IMG/VR virus record: IMGVR_UViG_2706795801_000001
Span: 1-64,000 of that record
Source: a virus
Lineage: Duplodnaviria; Caudoviricetes
Length of the DNA stretch: 64,000 nt
Reading direction: 5' to 3' (one strand)
The notes beneath the pieces were generated by a model. It was not told the DNA's origin and ran no database searches. It worked only from the letters and a program-made list of their open reading frames with translations. Positions within the stretch are counted from its first letter, which is position 1. Every line of letters starts with the position of its first letter. Below, piece after piece: positions 30,487 through 40,730 of the stretch. The position numbers and the translations under genes were made by a program.

Positions 30487-31143
30487 TTATTCAAATAATT
30501 TAAATGCTTCGCTAGCATCATAACCCTTGTGGGCGTTCTTGTAAATATACTCCTCAAAGTTTAATATCTGCCCCCAATGTTCAGCTCGGAAGTTGACATT
30601 ATCTTGTGCTAAACCATATTTGTCAAGTAGCTTTTCCGAAATTCTCTTAATTAATCGTCTACTGATTGACCTCGAATGCCCGACCTTCTTGGATTTTTCC
30701 TTCCATTTATACTTATACAACTTCTCATCTGGATCTAACATACAAACCCATGCGGAGACCTCCTCAACACGCTTCAGACGAGGAATCTCATATTTATTGA
30801 GAATGTATGCATGTAAGTAATCACACTCAGCAGCTATTGTCTTGTTCCACACTGTAGAGAGTTTACCATGTTCTGTCAACATCATTTCTGATAATTGTAG
30901 AAGTTCTTGGCAATACTCTTTGTTCACGGATAAAATCATTTCCTTATCTATAACTGACATCCACGCAGCTTGGTTAACATCAGAACACTGCCCTAAATAC
31001 CATCTAACTGATGATCTGCTTGGCATACCTCTTTCTAGTGGTTTTTTGTGCTGTTCCGCCTTAGTACCAACTTGGTATCTGACCTCCTTAACTTTTGATA
31101 GAAAAATTTTATCTTTTGGTGTGGGTAGTTTTCTTGGTGCCAT
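30487..31143 (-). CDS. Hypothetical basic protein
   Basis: 218 aa; GGAG RBS. Confidence 0.75.
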   Translation of the reverse strand: MAPRKLPTPKDKIFLSKVKEVRYQVGTKAEQHKKPLERGMPSRSSVRWYLGQCSDVNQAAWMSVIDKEMILSVNKEYCQELLQLSEMMLTEHGKLSTVWNKTIAAECDYLHAYILNKYEIPRLKRVEEVSAWVCMLDPDEKLYKYKWKEKSKKVGHSRSISRRLIKRISEKLLDKYGLAQDNVNFRAEHWGQILNFEEYIYKNAHKGYDASEAFKLFE

Positions 31144-32407
31144 TGGTAACTCCTTGTATAAGTAATTTATAATCTATTTGGGTGAGACTGCAGTCCTTTA
31201 ACTCACTTTTTATATAAGCCAAAGCTGAAATATCCGCAGTTTCACTACTAAAATCCCCGTCTTGTCCAGACCCTTTACCTATAGTCAGGCCCCTTAACTT
31301 TAAGGAGTTTAAAAGTTTTTGTTCATAATCATATACTGTTTGGTGGTTAGAAGTTAGCACTTCAAGGATTTTTATGTCTGTTTTATGTATATTAGCCATT
31401 GTAGCTAATTGGCCTAACCTACTATCAATATTAAAACTTCTCCCAACCTTCAGATATTTAGAGCTAAAATCTAAAAAATATAGATAATCTACATCTTCTA
31501 CTCTTTCAGGGAAGTACCCATTATGACCAACAAGTTCATCTCTACAGAACCTACATCTACTACCTCTAATAAAGGAACCTATAGGAGTAGTACATGTGTG
31601 AGTTTTAGAAGCACAAACCCATCTGAATGGAGTCGTAGTACCTTTATAATTACCAGTCCAACCTATAAACACTACCCCCTCTTCTTTACATATCTTATTT
31701 ATCTGGTACTCTCTTTGCTCTTTCGACCACCTGAATTTAGTAGAGCATCTACAAGGATGCCTACCTTTTTTAAAACAGGTAGAAGCTGCAGTGAATACCC
31801 CGCTACATAACCCTCCCTTTGTATATTCGTCATTACTGCAAATAGGGCAATACATGTCCCAGTAGGATTTATAACCACTGCTATTTATTCTCTGTGTATT
31901 TCTGGTGAAGGTAGTCCCCTTGATAAACATATTCGTATTTATGAAACTCTCTGCCATAAAGTCGTCAGGTTTGATCATGGACATACTTATTTTATCCCTC
32001 TTACACTCTGGGCAACCATTTCCAACTAGAAAGTTCATTATAGCATTATCCCAAGTGTGTCCATCTAATACACACTGTAGTTTTATTCTTGTATTTCTGT
32101 ATTTCCAATCCCCAATGAAAGATATAAACTTTATATCCCCTCTCTTTACACATTCCCTTTCTATCCTGACACGATATTGCTCCTTATTCCACCTAGGTCT
32201 ACTTGAACAACCACAAGGTATTACTCCAAATTTTAAGTCCCCTTTTGTAGATTCAATTGGGTGCGGGAACAGTTCCGTGTCTTGCATACAAATACTACAA
32301 CTTAGTAGGTATATTATTGATTTTCTTTTCACCTTTGGTACTACACCCACTACAGTAATTATCCCTCCTTTTGGGGTAGTAAATTCCTCTCCAATAAAAC
32401 TATCCAT
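31109..32407 (-). CDS. Free-standing homing-endonuclease-like protein with repeated zinc ribbons
   Basis: Two repeats of CxxC...PCxC..W..EQ...C...GCxxC; C-terminal YLY...KVGRS...SRL GIY-YIG-like nuclease. Confidence 0.75.
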   Translation of the reverse strand: MDSFIGEEFTTPKGGIITVVGVVPKVKRKSIIYLLSCSICMQDTELFPHPIESTKGDLKFGVIPCGCSSRPRWNKEQYRVRIERECVKRGDIKFISFIGDWKYRNTRIKLQCVLDGHTWDNAIMNFLVGNGCPECKRDKISMSMIKPDDFMAESFINTNMFIKGTTFTRNTQRINSSGYKSYWDMYCPICSNDEYTKGGLCSGVFTAASTCFKKGRHPCRCSTKFRWSKEQREYQINKICKEEGVVFIGWTGNYKGTTTPFRWVCASKTHTCTTPIGSFIRGSRCRFCRDELVGHNGYFPERVEDVDYLYFLDFSSKYLKVGRSFNIDSRLGQLATMANIHKTDIKILEVLTSNHQTVYDYEQKLLNSLKLRGLTIGKGSGQDGDFSSETADISALAYIKSELKDCSLTQIDYKLLIQGVTNGTKKTTHTKR

Positions 32408-32460
32408 CTATAATACACCCTCCACCAGACCAATTAGCTATAATTTCCTTCCCCATAGTA

Positions 32461-32790
32461 TTATTTAATCTCCTCTAATAATTTATCACTTTCATTTTTA
32501 GCTTTATAATATACTTCGTCTGTTGTCGTAGATAGCATACCAAACCCCTCTACTGAATACCCTATTAACTGTGTTATCTGTTCGTAGTGGTGTTCTTTTA
32601 TACCGTTTACCTGATAATATAAGCCTAATCCATTCAATCCATAGAGTCCTTCATATTCAAATCTATCGATCAACATAGATACTAGAGGGTTCTCGTAAAA
32701 TCTATTGGTTCCGTGTTCGTCCATATATACTGTTTGTAATGGGTGTTTCATCATAACCCCCTTACACTTTCCTGCATCATAATTTGTCAT
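32461..32790 (-). CDS. Conserved hypothetical protein
   Basis: HPLQ..DEHG..RF.EN...QLIGYS motif. Confidence 0.75.
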   Translation of the reverse strand: MTNYDAGKCKGVMMKHPLQTVYMDEHGTNRFYENPLVSMLIDRFEYEGLYGLNGLGLYYQVNGIKEHHYEQITQLIGYSVEGFGMLSTTTDEVYYKAKNESDKLLEEIK

Positions 32791-32820
32791 TCTACTACAC
32801 TTCTCTGCACATTGATACTG

Positions 32821-33348
32821 TTATTTATTTAATAACTCTCTTGCACGAGTAGATTGTCCTATTAGAGCGTCCCATTCGCGTTCTAACGAGTTTTTAGCAT
32901 TCGCCATACGTGATAGTGTCTTTAGGCAATGGAAGCCAGCACCAGTCTTATCAGCGGTGTTAATACCCCATAATTCATTCACAACATAAGGGTCTACCTT
33001 CACCTTCACTTCTCCAGCAGCAATCTCCTCTGGTGTGAGTTTAACTGTGAGATAGTGGTCATAGTGTTTGTCTGTCCAGTTGGAATACTCACTTACTGCA
33101 TCAGAAGGTATTATGGTCAATGTCATATCTAAATCTCTATGAGTAATATTACCTTCCTCAACAAATTCCCAGCCTATACCTTCACCTGCATCTAAATACC
33201 AGTTATGAATGCCACCCTCAGCATCTTTCCATTGAGTGATAGCTCCTTCTCCATTCCTATAGTAAACCAATACACCTTTGTCTGAAATACCCCAACGGCT
33301 GGCATCAATATACCTAATCCTAGTAACACCTTCAACCAATTCTCTCAT
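32821..33348 (-). CDS. Hypothetical protein
   Basis: 175 aa, coupled to the upstream gene. Confidence 0.7.
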   Translation of the reverse strand: MRELVEGVTRIRYIDASRWGISDKGVLVYYRNGEGAITQWKDAEGGIHNWYLDAGEGIGWEFVEEGNITHRDLDMTLTIIPSDAVSEYSNWTDKHYDHYLTVKLTPEEIAAGEVKVKVDPYVVNELWGINTADKTGAGFHCLKTLSRMANAKNSLEREWDALIGQSTRARELLNK

Positions 33349-33638
33349 TATTTCTCCCCTTTACCGAGTCTTTCTTGTAAACGTTGTAAAACCATTGGAT
33401 ACACCTCCAACTCTGGAAAGCTCACCATTGGTGCTTGTTGTAACTTCCACTGTAATGCTTGAGCCAGAGTATATAGTGTTTCGTCACGTTCTTCAATACA
33501 TCTTTGTATAAAAATATCAATAAGTTCCACTGTGATGTCTGGGTTATGTTGCTGTTGTCCACCCATCTGAGATTGCATCATACGCATCATATCTTCGTGT
33601 GTCAATTTATTTTTCTCCTTTTGGTATTGAACTGTCAT
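33348..33638 (-). CDS. Hypothetical protein
   Basis: 96 aa in array. Confidence 0.6.
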   Translation of the reverse strand: MTVQYQKEKNKLTHEDMMRMMQSQMGGQQQHNPDITVELIDIFIQRCIEERDETLYTLAQALQWKLQQAPMVSFPELEVYPMVLQRLQERLGKGEK

Positions 33639-33927
33639 GTCCTCTTAAAAATGCTAAATCATATTCACAAAGACCTTTCATATCTTCATCTACAATATCT
33701 GACTGGTTTAGAATTTCCAATGCCATATTTGGTTGGTCGTACATCTCAATTAATCTGGCTAAAGCCCAAATTACACCTTCATTGAATTCTTTGTTATCAT
33801 TTTTCTGCGCCCATTTCATACCAAATCTAAAACAATCAGACAATTGGCTAGGTGTCCCCACAGCTAAACCATGATTAACAAGTCCAACTCTCTCGAGTTC
33901 CGTTAGTTCAATTTTATGCATACTCAT
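33607..33927 (-). CDS. Hypothetical protein
   Basis: First gene of the left arm; AGGAGG RBS. Confidence 0.7.
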   Translation of the reverse strand: MSMHKIELTELERVGLVNHGLAVGTPSQLSDCFRFGMKWAQKNDNKEFNEGVIWALARLIEMYDQPNMALEILNQSDIVDEDMKGLCEYDLAFLRGHDSSIPKGEK

Positions 33928-33955
33928 CTTAACCTCCTATCATTTCAACTACCCT

Positions 33956-34100
33956 AACTTTACCACACTAAAACACAGTGTCAACAACTATTTTTAATGT
34001 TACCTGTTAGAGAGTGTATATTAGGTTTCATACCCTACAGCGTGTAAGGTATGTTTATTTACAGATAATAGTTGACACCCAATAAAGTAGTCGTTAGTAT
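33956..34100. promoter_or_regulatory. Divergent sigma70 promoters separating the two genome arms
   Basis: Minus strand TTGACA-17-TAAAGT (33984-33956); plus strand TTGACA-17-TAGTAT (34072-34100). Confidence 0.75.
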
Positions 34101-34127
34101 GTTGGAAGTTACCTACAATAGGAGGAT

Positions 34128-34646
34128 TTGCAAATGTTTATGTGGTTGAAAAACTGGTGTTATGGTTATAAGGTGTGTAAAAAGTATGGGTTGAAATTCA
34201 CCCCTAGGTTTTCCTCTAAGGTTAGTGGGGGTCTCCACTGGAACAACAAGAAGAAGTGTTTTGATAAGATTAATGCATCAATATTTAATTGTATGTTTCA
34301 TGAAATATTGCTGCACGAGGTAGGACACTTCATGGACTATAAGCTTACAGGTTTTACTCATAATAAAGCCCCCGCGATATTTATTCAACGTACAAAGCAC
34401 TGGAATTACAAAGATAGAACCTATATCTTCCGTGAAGCGAAGGCAAGTAGATACGCTTTACGTTTACTACGATCATCTGGAAAAATTAGCGAAGGCAGTT
34501 ACAAAATGTTAACAGGTAAAGAGTCTTTTGGTTCTTACATAAAAAATATATGGGTTGGTGGTACCGATGACGGACTGAAGAACAAGATAGCTTTGGCTGA
34601 TATAGACTATAAGTTATGTAAATATATTAGGGAGGGTGTTAAATGA
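34128..34646 (+). CDS. HExxH zinc metallopeptidase-like protein
   Basis: ILLHEVGH...EAKASRYA. Confidence 0.7.
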   Translation: MQMFMWLKNWCYGYKVCKKYGLKFTPRFSSKVSGGLHWNNKKKCFDKINASIFNCMFHEILLHEVGHFMDYKLTGFTHNKAPAIFIQRTKHWNYKDRTYIFREAKASRYALRLLRSSGKISEGSYKMLTGKESFGSYIKNIWVGGTDDGLKNKIALADIDYKLCKYIREGVK

Positions 34647-34963
34647 AGAAACAATCAGAGTGGATGAGAGGTTTATTGGCTGCTGAAGATATGGTGTTGT
34701 TACATGGTACTGATTACACTAGAGGTGTTATGAGAGACTTAATACTATTAGACTATGATGACCTCCTTGTAGAGTTTCACCGAGGTATGTATGATTACTT
34801 GGATAATTATAAGGAGAGAAATAATGCTTAAATATAAAGTAGGTGATTTAATCCAAGCTGCTGATTGGAATATCATTGAACAAATTATCAAAGATGAGTT
34901 GACAGCATACAATTATGACGTTACTATCTACGTTTTAAGTGAAGATGATATTCCGAAGGAGGG

Positions 34964-36391
34964 GTGAGATTGAAGAAGATACAAGACTACTATGGTATGT
35001 TACCTTTTCCGTTGACTGACGGACAGAAGTATAGTCTGGAGGAGTTCACTACTGGGACAGGACATTATGCGCTTGGAGGTGTCCAAGGGGCTGGAAAATC
35101 CACCGTAATGGCTCTACTAAGTAAATTCTATGGGGATGAAGTAATCTTCTGTGCATCTTCTGGCACTGCATCTAAACAAATGCCTGATGGTATTGGTAGC
35201 GGTACTGCACATTCTATACTGAGCCTATTTACCGAAGTATCTAGACCCGAGATGATGAGTAAAGTTAATAAGACTACCACAGCATTATTTGCTAAGAGTG
35301 ATTTGATCAAGGTGGTGGTTGTTGATGAAGCTTTTGCTATGGATAGTGATAAACTGTACACAATGTTACATCGTATCAAAAGATTCAACAAAAGGACAAG
35401 TAATCGCGGAGAACGGGACATTAGACTACTACTAGTTGGCGATTGGTGCCAAAGATTACCTATACTTTCAAACGAGGAAAAGCTAACAGTTAATGAGAAA
35501 CATGGACATTGGTTAATGTTTAAATCTAATCCTTGGAAAGAAGCTGATATTAAAGTTTTGATGTTGACTGAGGTCAAACGACAAGATGATAAAGTGTTTA
35601 AAGCTTGTCTTGATGTGATACGTTATGGTATTGAACATCGATATGAGGGAGCATTGAAGTGGTTGAATCAAAGGTATTCTAAGGAATATGATGATAGTTT
35701 ACTCTTGTTAGCCCCTACTAATAAAACTGTCACTGCAGCTAATAATTTATCTCTGCAGCGTAACCCCAACCCTAAAGGTTTATACACTGCAACAATCACT
35801 GGTAGGTATAACCTCAATGACTCACCCCTAGAAAAGGAAGTGATGTTGGCAGTAGGTAGTCCTGTGATTTCTGTAATAAATCATGAAGATGGTGACTATT
35901 GTAACGGAAGTTACGGTCATGTTACAGAAATGCAGTCCGATGGATGTTGGGTGCGTTTTGTTGGAGACCAAGAAGACACTTTTGTAGGGATGGTGACATT
36001 ACGGGAAGAGGAATCTTATATTAAGAAAGATGTCCTGCAAGAAGATGGTACATATGCGGATGAGCAAGGGAAAACTCTAGTGGGGACATGTACTGGTTTA
36101 TGTCTTAAGATTGCAGCGGCATATACTATAGCAAGGGCACAAGGTCGCACATTTAATTGTAAGGTTAATATTGATGTGGGGAATACAAGCTTATATACCA
36201 ATAAAGCCCTAGGGGATTTTGGGACTAGTGATGTGCTAGTTGCATGTTCCCGTGTAACCGATGTGAAAAACCTTACTCTAGTCCGTAAGATCGAACCAAA
36301 ACATATTAAGGTGTGTCGTGAGAGTATTGCTTTCTGGCATGAGAGTTTAGCTAAACAAGAGGAGAAATTAAAATGTCAGAATTATCTTTAG
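34964..36391 (+). CDS. SF1B Pif1/RecD-like DNA helicase
   Basis: GVQGAGKS, VVDEA, LVGDWCQ, KRQ, CNG, TIARAQG and ACSR motifs. Confidence 0.9.
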   Translation: MRLKKIQDYYGMLPFPLTDGQKYSLEEFTTGTGHYALGGVQGAGKSTVMALLSKFYGDEVIFCASSGTASKQMPDGIGSGTAHSILSLFTEVSRPEMMSKVNKTTTALFAKSDLIKVVVVDEAFAMDSDKLYTMLHRIKRFNKRTSNRGERDIRLLLVGDWCQRLPILSNEEKLTVNEKHGHWLMFKSNPWKEADIKVLMLTEVKRQDDKVFKACLDVIRYGIEHRYEGALKWLNQRYSKEYDDSLLLLAPTNKTVTAANNLSLQRNPNPKGLYTATITGRYNLNDSPLEKEVMLAVGSPVISVINHEDGDYCNGSYGHVTEMQSDGCWVRFVGDQEDTFVGMVTLREEESYIKKDVLQEDGTYADEQGKTLVGTCTGLCLKIAAAYTIARAQGRTFNCKVNIDVGNTSLYTNKALGDFGTSDVLVACSRVTDVKNLTLVRKIEPKHIKVCRESIAFWHESLAKQEEKLKCQNYL

Positions 36392-37095
36392 GTGATCGTA
36401 TGAAAGGTTATGAGAAAGTCCCACAACAGAAGTTAATGAGTAAAACTCCTGTAATTATGCGGCTTGACGGAAAAGCTTTCCATACTTATACTCGTGATTG
36501 CGATAAACCGTTTGATACAGATTTACACATTATCCGTCAAGGTGTATTGGAATATCTCTGTACCAATATACAGGGTTGTATCTTAGGTTACTCTCAAAGC
36601 GATGAGATTTCATTAGTACTTAAGGATTGGGATACTTATAATACATCAGCTTGGTTTGATAATAAGATTCAGAAATTATGTTCAGTTAGTGCTTCTATGG
36701 CTACAGCGGAGTGGAATTGTCTCTCATCTCAAGTAGATAGTGAGCGTGTAACAGGTTCAAATAAGTTTAATATACATGCTTTATTTGATACCAGATGTTT
36801 TAACCTACCAATCAACGAGGTTATTAATTATCTAATCTGGCGTCAACAGGATTGGGAACGTAACAGTGTCCAGATGTTAGGTCAGAGTCTATATTCTCAT
36901 AAGGAATTACAAGGAGTCTCTTGTAAGCAGATGATTACTAACATAGAAAATGACCACGGCATTGTGTGGGGAGAGTTACCTTCTTGGCAGAAACAAGGAG
37001 AAGTGTGGTTTAATGGTGAGGTTAAAACAGATTTTATTTTCAAAGAAAATAGATTGGAAGTTGATACACTGTTAAATATTACATCGAATATTTGA
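36373..37095 (+). CDS. thg1: tRNA(His) guanylyltransferase Thg1-like 3'-5' polymerase
   Basis: LGDRMKGYE, RLDGKAFH, YSQSDEISL, FDTR and WRQQD. Confidence 0.93.
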   Translation: MSELSLGDRMKGYEKVPQQKLMSKTPVIMRLDGKAFHTYTRDCDKPFDTDLHIIRQGVLEYLCTNIQGCILGYSQSDEISLVLKDWDTYNTSAWFDNKIQKLCSVSASMATAEWNCLSSQVDSERVTGSNKFNIHALFDTRCFNLPINEVINYLIWRQQDWERNSVQMLGQSLYSHKELQGVSCKQMITNIENDHGIVWGELPSWQKQGEVWFNGEVKTDFIFKENRLEVDTLLNITSNI

Positions 37096-37198
37096 TTTTA
37101 AGCCACCAAACGAGCGATTTAAGAGGTTTTAATAGTAAAATAGAATCAGTTTATATGTTTGGTATTATAATTGATTGTAGAGAGATTAAGGAGGTTTT

Positions 37199-37405
37199 AT
37201 GAAATGTTTTGAGATGACACATTTATACTTTGTGGATAGTCTAGAAGTGTTCAATGAAGACACTGTACCAGATTGGTTATCCAGTGTAAAAACTATCAAA
37301 GGTTCCACAATGGACTCTAGGTGGTTTTATACTGAAGAAGTATTAACCCTCCCTGTTGGTGGTGTTGTTAATACAGATTTTCGTAGTATCAAAAGAATAG
37401 TTTAA
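37199..37405 (+). CDS. Hypothetical protein
   Basis: 68 aa; AGGAGG RBS. Confidence 0.65.
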   Translation: MKCFEMTHLYFVDSLEVFNEDTVPDWLSSVKTIKGSTMDSRWFYTEEVLTLPVGGVVNTDFRSIKRIV

Positions 37406-37415
37406 GGAGGTTTAA

Positions 37416-37817
37416 ATGAGACAAACAGAATTTAGAGGTTGGTGCGACAGAGATGATGAATGGCGATATGGTTATTATGTGACAGACGGTAAGGTTCACG
37501 AAATAATGACTCATATTGAAGATTGTGTTATGTATGCCAGTCAGGTGGACATTGAGTCTATAGGTCAATTCACCGCAGTATTAGATAAAGATGGAACAAA
37601 AATATTTGAGGGGGATAAAGTAGAGTCTTATCACTTCACGGATACTAAAGGAAAACATCACTTTATAAACCACATTGTTACTTGGTCAGATAAATTCAAT
37701 GGTTGGTTTATGCAGGGGGAGTACGATACAACTGGAGAGGATGGTTCTATACAGTTGTGGGTTTACATGAGAACTAATAGACATTCAGCTAAGGTAGTTG
37801 GTAACATACATCAATAG
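37416..37817 (+). CDS. YopX-family protein
   Basis: FRGW...GQFT..DKDGTKIFEGD...VVGNIH. Confidence 0.9.
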   Translation: MRQTEFRGWCDRDDEWRYGYYVTDGKVHEIMTHIEDCVMYASQVDIESIGQFTAVLDKDGTKIFEGDKVESYHFTDTKGKHHFINHIVTWSDKFNGWFMQGEYDTTGEDGSIQLWVYMRTNRHSAKVVGNIHQ

Positions 37818-37889
37818 GAGAGTTTATGTTTATTAGTAGTGAATTGGTAAAGAATTGTACTATCACACTAAGAAAACTTGTTTGCTGAT

Positions 37890-38640
37890 TTTATTGGTGA
37901 TGACACTAACAAATAAGTCATCACAGTAAATATGTGTTGCAAACACTTAGATGTAACTTAATATTTGGTGAGCCTGATTGAGCGATCTAGCGATTGATGT
38001 ATCACCACAATGTTTATAGTTCATCTTATATAACAAGGTTAATACTACAATACAAACAAGTTCAAAACTTACGAAGTAATTAGGAAGATTGAGTGGAACG
38101 ATAAGCTGAGTAAGTTTTGTATATCACCATAACATTATTGTTAATAAGAGTAAAAAGATTAAAACCTTTTAGATCTTTAGAAGATAATTATTTGGTTAGA
38201 AGCGTCAGAGCTTACTGCAGGATGTTAACCAGCATTTAATTTTGATATAGGTTTAATATTGTATTGGTAGAGGGTACTATGGTTAACATATTAAATAAGT
38301 GTAGACATTACATGTCTGGTACTATATAGTGTATTCCTATCGGAATGTAGGTTAATGTTAAGATTCACTAGACCAACCTATCTACACTTCGTTTGATACA
38401 TATGGTGTTCATCTAGTGTGGCTGAAAATAAAGCTTCCTATATTAGTTCTATAAGAGGAAAGATTTTTTACTTTGTGTGTAGTAGTTACCATGATGCAAA
38501 TTTATAAGTTATTGTTTATAAACATATTCAGCGCCTGAAGTAGAGGTTCAAAATGACACCTTCTTAAATAAAGATTTACCTTGCATGGTGGTGTCATATG
38601 AGCTATACTAAGGTATGTTTGTAATTAAATAAGGGTTCAT
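37890..38640. other. Long non-coding region, candidate replication origin
   Basis: About 750 bp with no ORF of 60 aa or more; hairpins carrying GATTGAGYG..CGAT; AT-rich tracts. Confidence 0.4.
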
Positions 38641-39351
38641 ATGGTACAATTTATAGTAGAACTGCCAGATAAACGTATTGAGTTAGATGAAAGTAAAAGG
38701 CAGCGCATTATCGAGGAAGGTAACGCCGATATTAGTCAGAGGTTAAAATTAGCCCTTTATGTACAGAAAAGTATCCAAAAAAGGCTTGATGCTGGGCTTA
38801 AGACTAATAAGATTAATGCTGATGAAATTAGAAGGGTAATTGAACACTGGTATGCCAATGGCAGGGGAGTGTTAACTAAATCATTTAAGAAGGTATATGA
38901 TGAATCACCTCCGTCTAAAACTAAAGAGGTGGATTGGGTTACTGATATTGGAGGTAAGACTTATTTTAATAAAGAGTTTAGGATTGCGGTTGATAGTATT
39001 AAACTGAAAGATTTCGTTAAACTAAGAGAGAGTAAACTCTTTACTTATGGAACTAATAATACACCACTAACTACGAGGATTAGACAAATGGAAATAGCTG
39101 CCATATATGAAGAATTGTTAGAAGATAAAGATAAGGCTTTGGAAAGTAAGGATGTTGAATTGTTAAAGAAGGATGATGAGATATCTATGCTACGAGCAGA
39201 GTTAGAAGTTGCTAACTCCCTCAAACGTGATTGGGATACCATAGCTTTATCTTATAGAGAAAAAGGTTTTACACAAAAACAGATTGCAGAGCTTGTAGGT
39301 AAAAGTCTATCTACAATTAAAAGACTGTTTGCAGAGAATAGGGTAAATTGA
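38641..39351 (+). CDS. Coiled-coil protein with C-terminal HTH
   Basis: GFTQKQIAELVGKSLSTIKR. Confidence 0.8.
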   Translation: MVQFIVELPDKRIELDESKRQRIIEEGNADISQRLKLALYVQKSIQKRLDAGLKTNKINADEIRRVIEHWYANGRGVLTKSFKKVYDESPPSKTKEVDWVTDIGGKTYFNKEFRIAVDSIKLKDFVKLRESKLFTYGTNNTPLTTRIRQMEIAAIYEELLEDKDKALESKDVELLKKDDEISMLRAELEVANSLKRDWDTIALSYREKGFTQKQIAELVGKSLSTIKRLFAENRVN

Positions 39352-39615
39352 ATAGCGAGTTATGTTAACTTCAAGGGTAGTGGTTATATTATAAAAGAAT
39401 CTAAATCTAGCTACATGGAGATTACGGACAAGTTTATTGATTTGTTACCATTAAGTATGAAAGATGCATATATTAAAATGGCAGATACTCTATCTATATC
39501 AGATAAGTGCCTAAATCAATTAAAAAGTCCAATGGGTGCTGCTTGGGAGGATGTCCTTGGTAGTAGGGATAATGTTAATATACGCAAGGAGAAATAATTA
39601 TGGGAGGTGCGACAA

Positions 39616-39774
39616 ATGAATAACCCAACAATAGAACTAATTCTAATGTTCCTATGGTTGATGGGTATTGTGGTTGCCAAAGGTTTTTGGTCTACACTAC
39701 TTGCTATAATTTTCCCCTTGTGGGGTTTGTATCTTTCGGTAGAACATTTTGTGATATGGATGGGTTTATTATGA
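39616..39774 (+). CDS. Small membrane protein (52 aa, below the ORF-track cutoff)
   Basis: GGAGG RBS; MNNPTIELILMFLWLMGIVVAKGFWSTLLAIIFPLWGLYL... Confidence 0.65.
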   Translation: MNNPTIELILMFLWLMGIVVAKGFWSTLLAIIFPLWGLYLSVEHFVIWMGLL

Positions 39775-40004
39775 CATTGATTAAAAGTTTCAAACAAATG
39801 GTTGACAGAGTAGTTGAATTGAATTATATTGCAACCACCAACACAGACGTTTGGGTTATATGTCCTAATTGTGATGGAGAAGGTGAGACTTCTACAGGTA
39901 CTGGGCATCCTTATAATAACCCAGTTAAATCTGTATGTAGTAATTGTATAGATGGTAAGGTGAAAGTTAATATTAAAATAACTCGTGTGTCACCTGATAA
40001 TTAG
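39771..40004 (+). CDS. DnaJ-type zinc-finger small protein
   Basis: CPNCDGEG...CSNCIDG; ATGA-coupled start. Confidence 0.65.
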   Translation: MTLIKSFKQMVDRVVELNYIATTNTDVWVICPNCDGEGETSTGTGHPYNNPVKSVCSNCIDGKVKVNIKITRVSPDN

Positions 40005-40013
40005 GGGAATGTA

Positions 40014-40397
40014 ATGTACATTAAGAAAGGTAAACCCTATTTTGGTCGTAAAGATACATGGAGTATGGATGGTGTATTAGCCCCTATCATCGCAGCAGGT
40101 ATTACCAAATTCAAAGATGATTGGTGTAGTAAGTCTCCGATGGCAGGACTTAATGGAATACTCACAACAGAATGTATTGACACGGGTATGGTTAGCTACA
40201 TTGATGACTATGCTTACTCACCAGACGACTGGCGCAAGATGGAACAGGTGTATGTTTACATGTTGGATGAGATGATCTACGCCTTCGGTTCAGAAGAGCC
40301 AGATTGGATTGACATACAAGAATTACTTGATTACCATAAACGGTGTGACCAAGGGCGTATGTGGTTTGCAAAATATTATCATTCATTGTGGATTTAG
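40014..40397 (+). CDS. Conserved phage hypothetical protein
   Basis: DTWSMD..LA.II...LDEMIYAF...FAKYY.SLW. Confidence 0.8.
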   Translation: MYIKKGKPYFGRKDTWSMDGVLAPIIAAGITKFKDDWCSKSPMAGLNGILTTECIDTGMVSYIDDYAYSPDDWRKMEQVYVYMLDEMIYAFGSEEPDWIDIQELLDYHKRCDQGRMWFAKYYHSLWI

Positions 40398-40502
40398 TTT
40401 GTAACATACATTTAAACGCTCTCAGAAGCTCGTAGTGGAACGTTGATTATTAATCTACATCAATTGTTGTGTTAGGAGTTTTAAATCGGCATACAGAGGC
40501 GT

Positions 40503-40730
40503 ATGAGTTATAAGGTTGAGGAGAACAAAATGAAAATTGATTTATGTGATGGTAAGTACACGTACATTTTAGATGAAGTTACTGGTGTGCAAGAAGTGCT
40601 ACGTTATGGAGAACCTTGGCGTAAGGATGATTTAATTGGTGACAATTTAGTTCTTTCTATGGCACAGCGTATTGTGGAATTGGAAGAGGAACTTTACAAG
40701 GAGAAGGAGACTACCCATGAATTTATTTAA
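40503..40730 (+). CDS. Hypothetical protein
   Basis: DGKYT...LRYGEPWR. Confidence 0.7.
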   Translation: MSYKVEENKMKIDLCDGKYTYILDEVTGVQEVLRYGEPWRKDDLIGDNLVLSMAQRIVELEEELYKEKETTHEFI

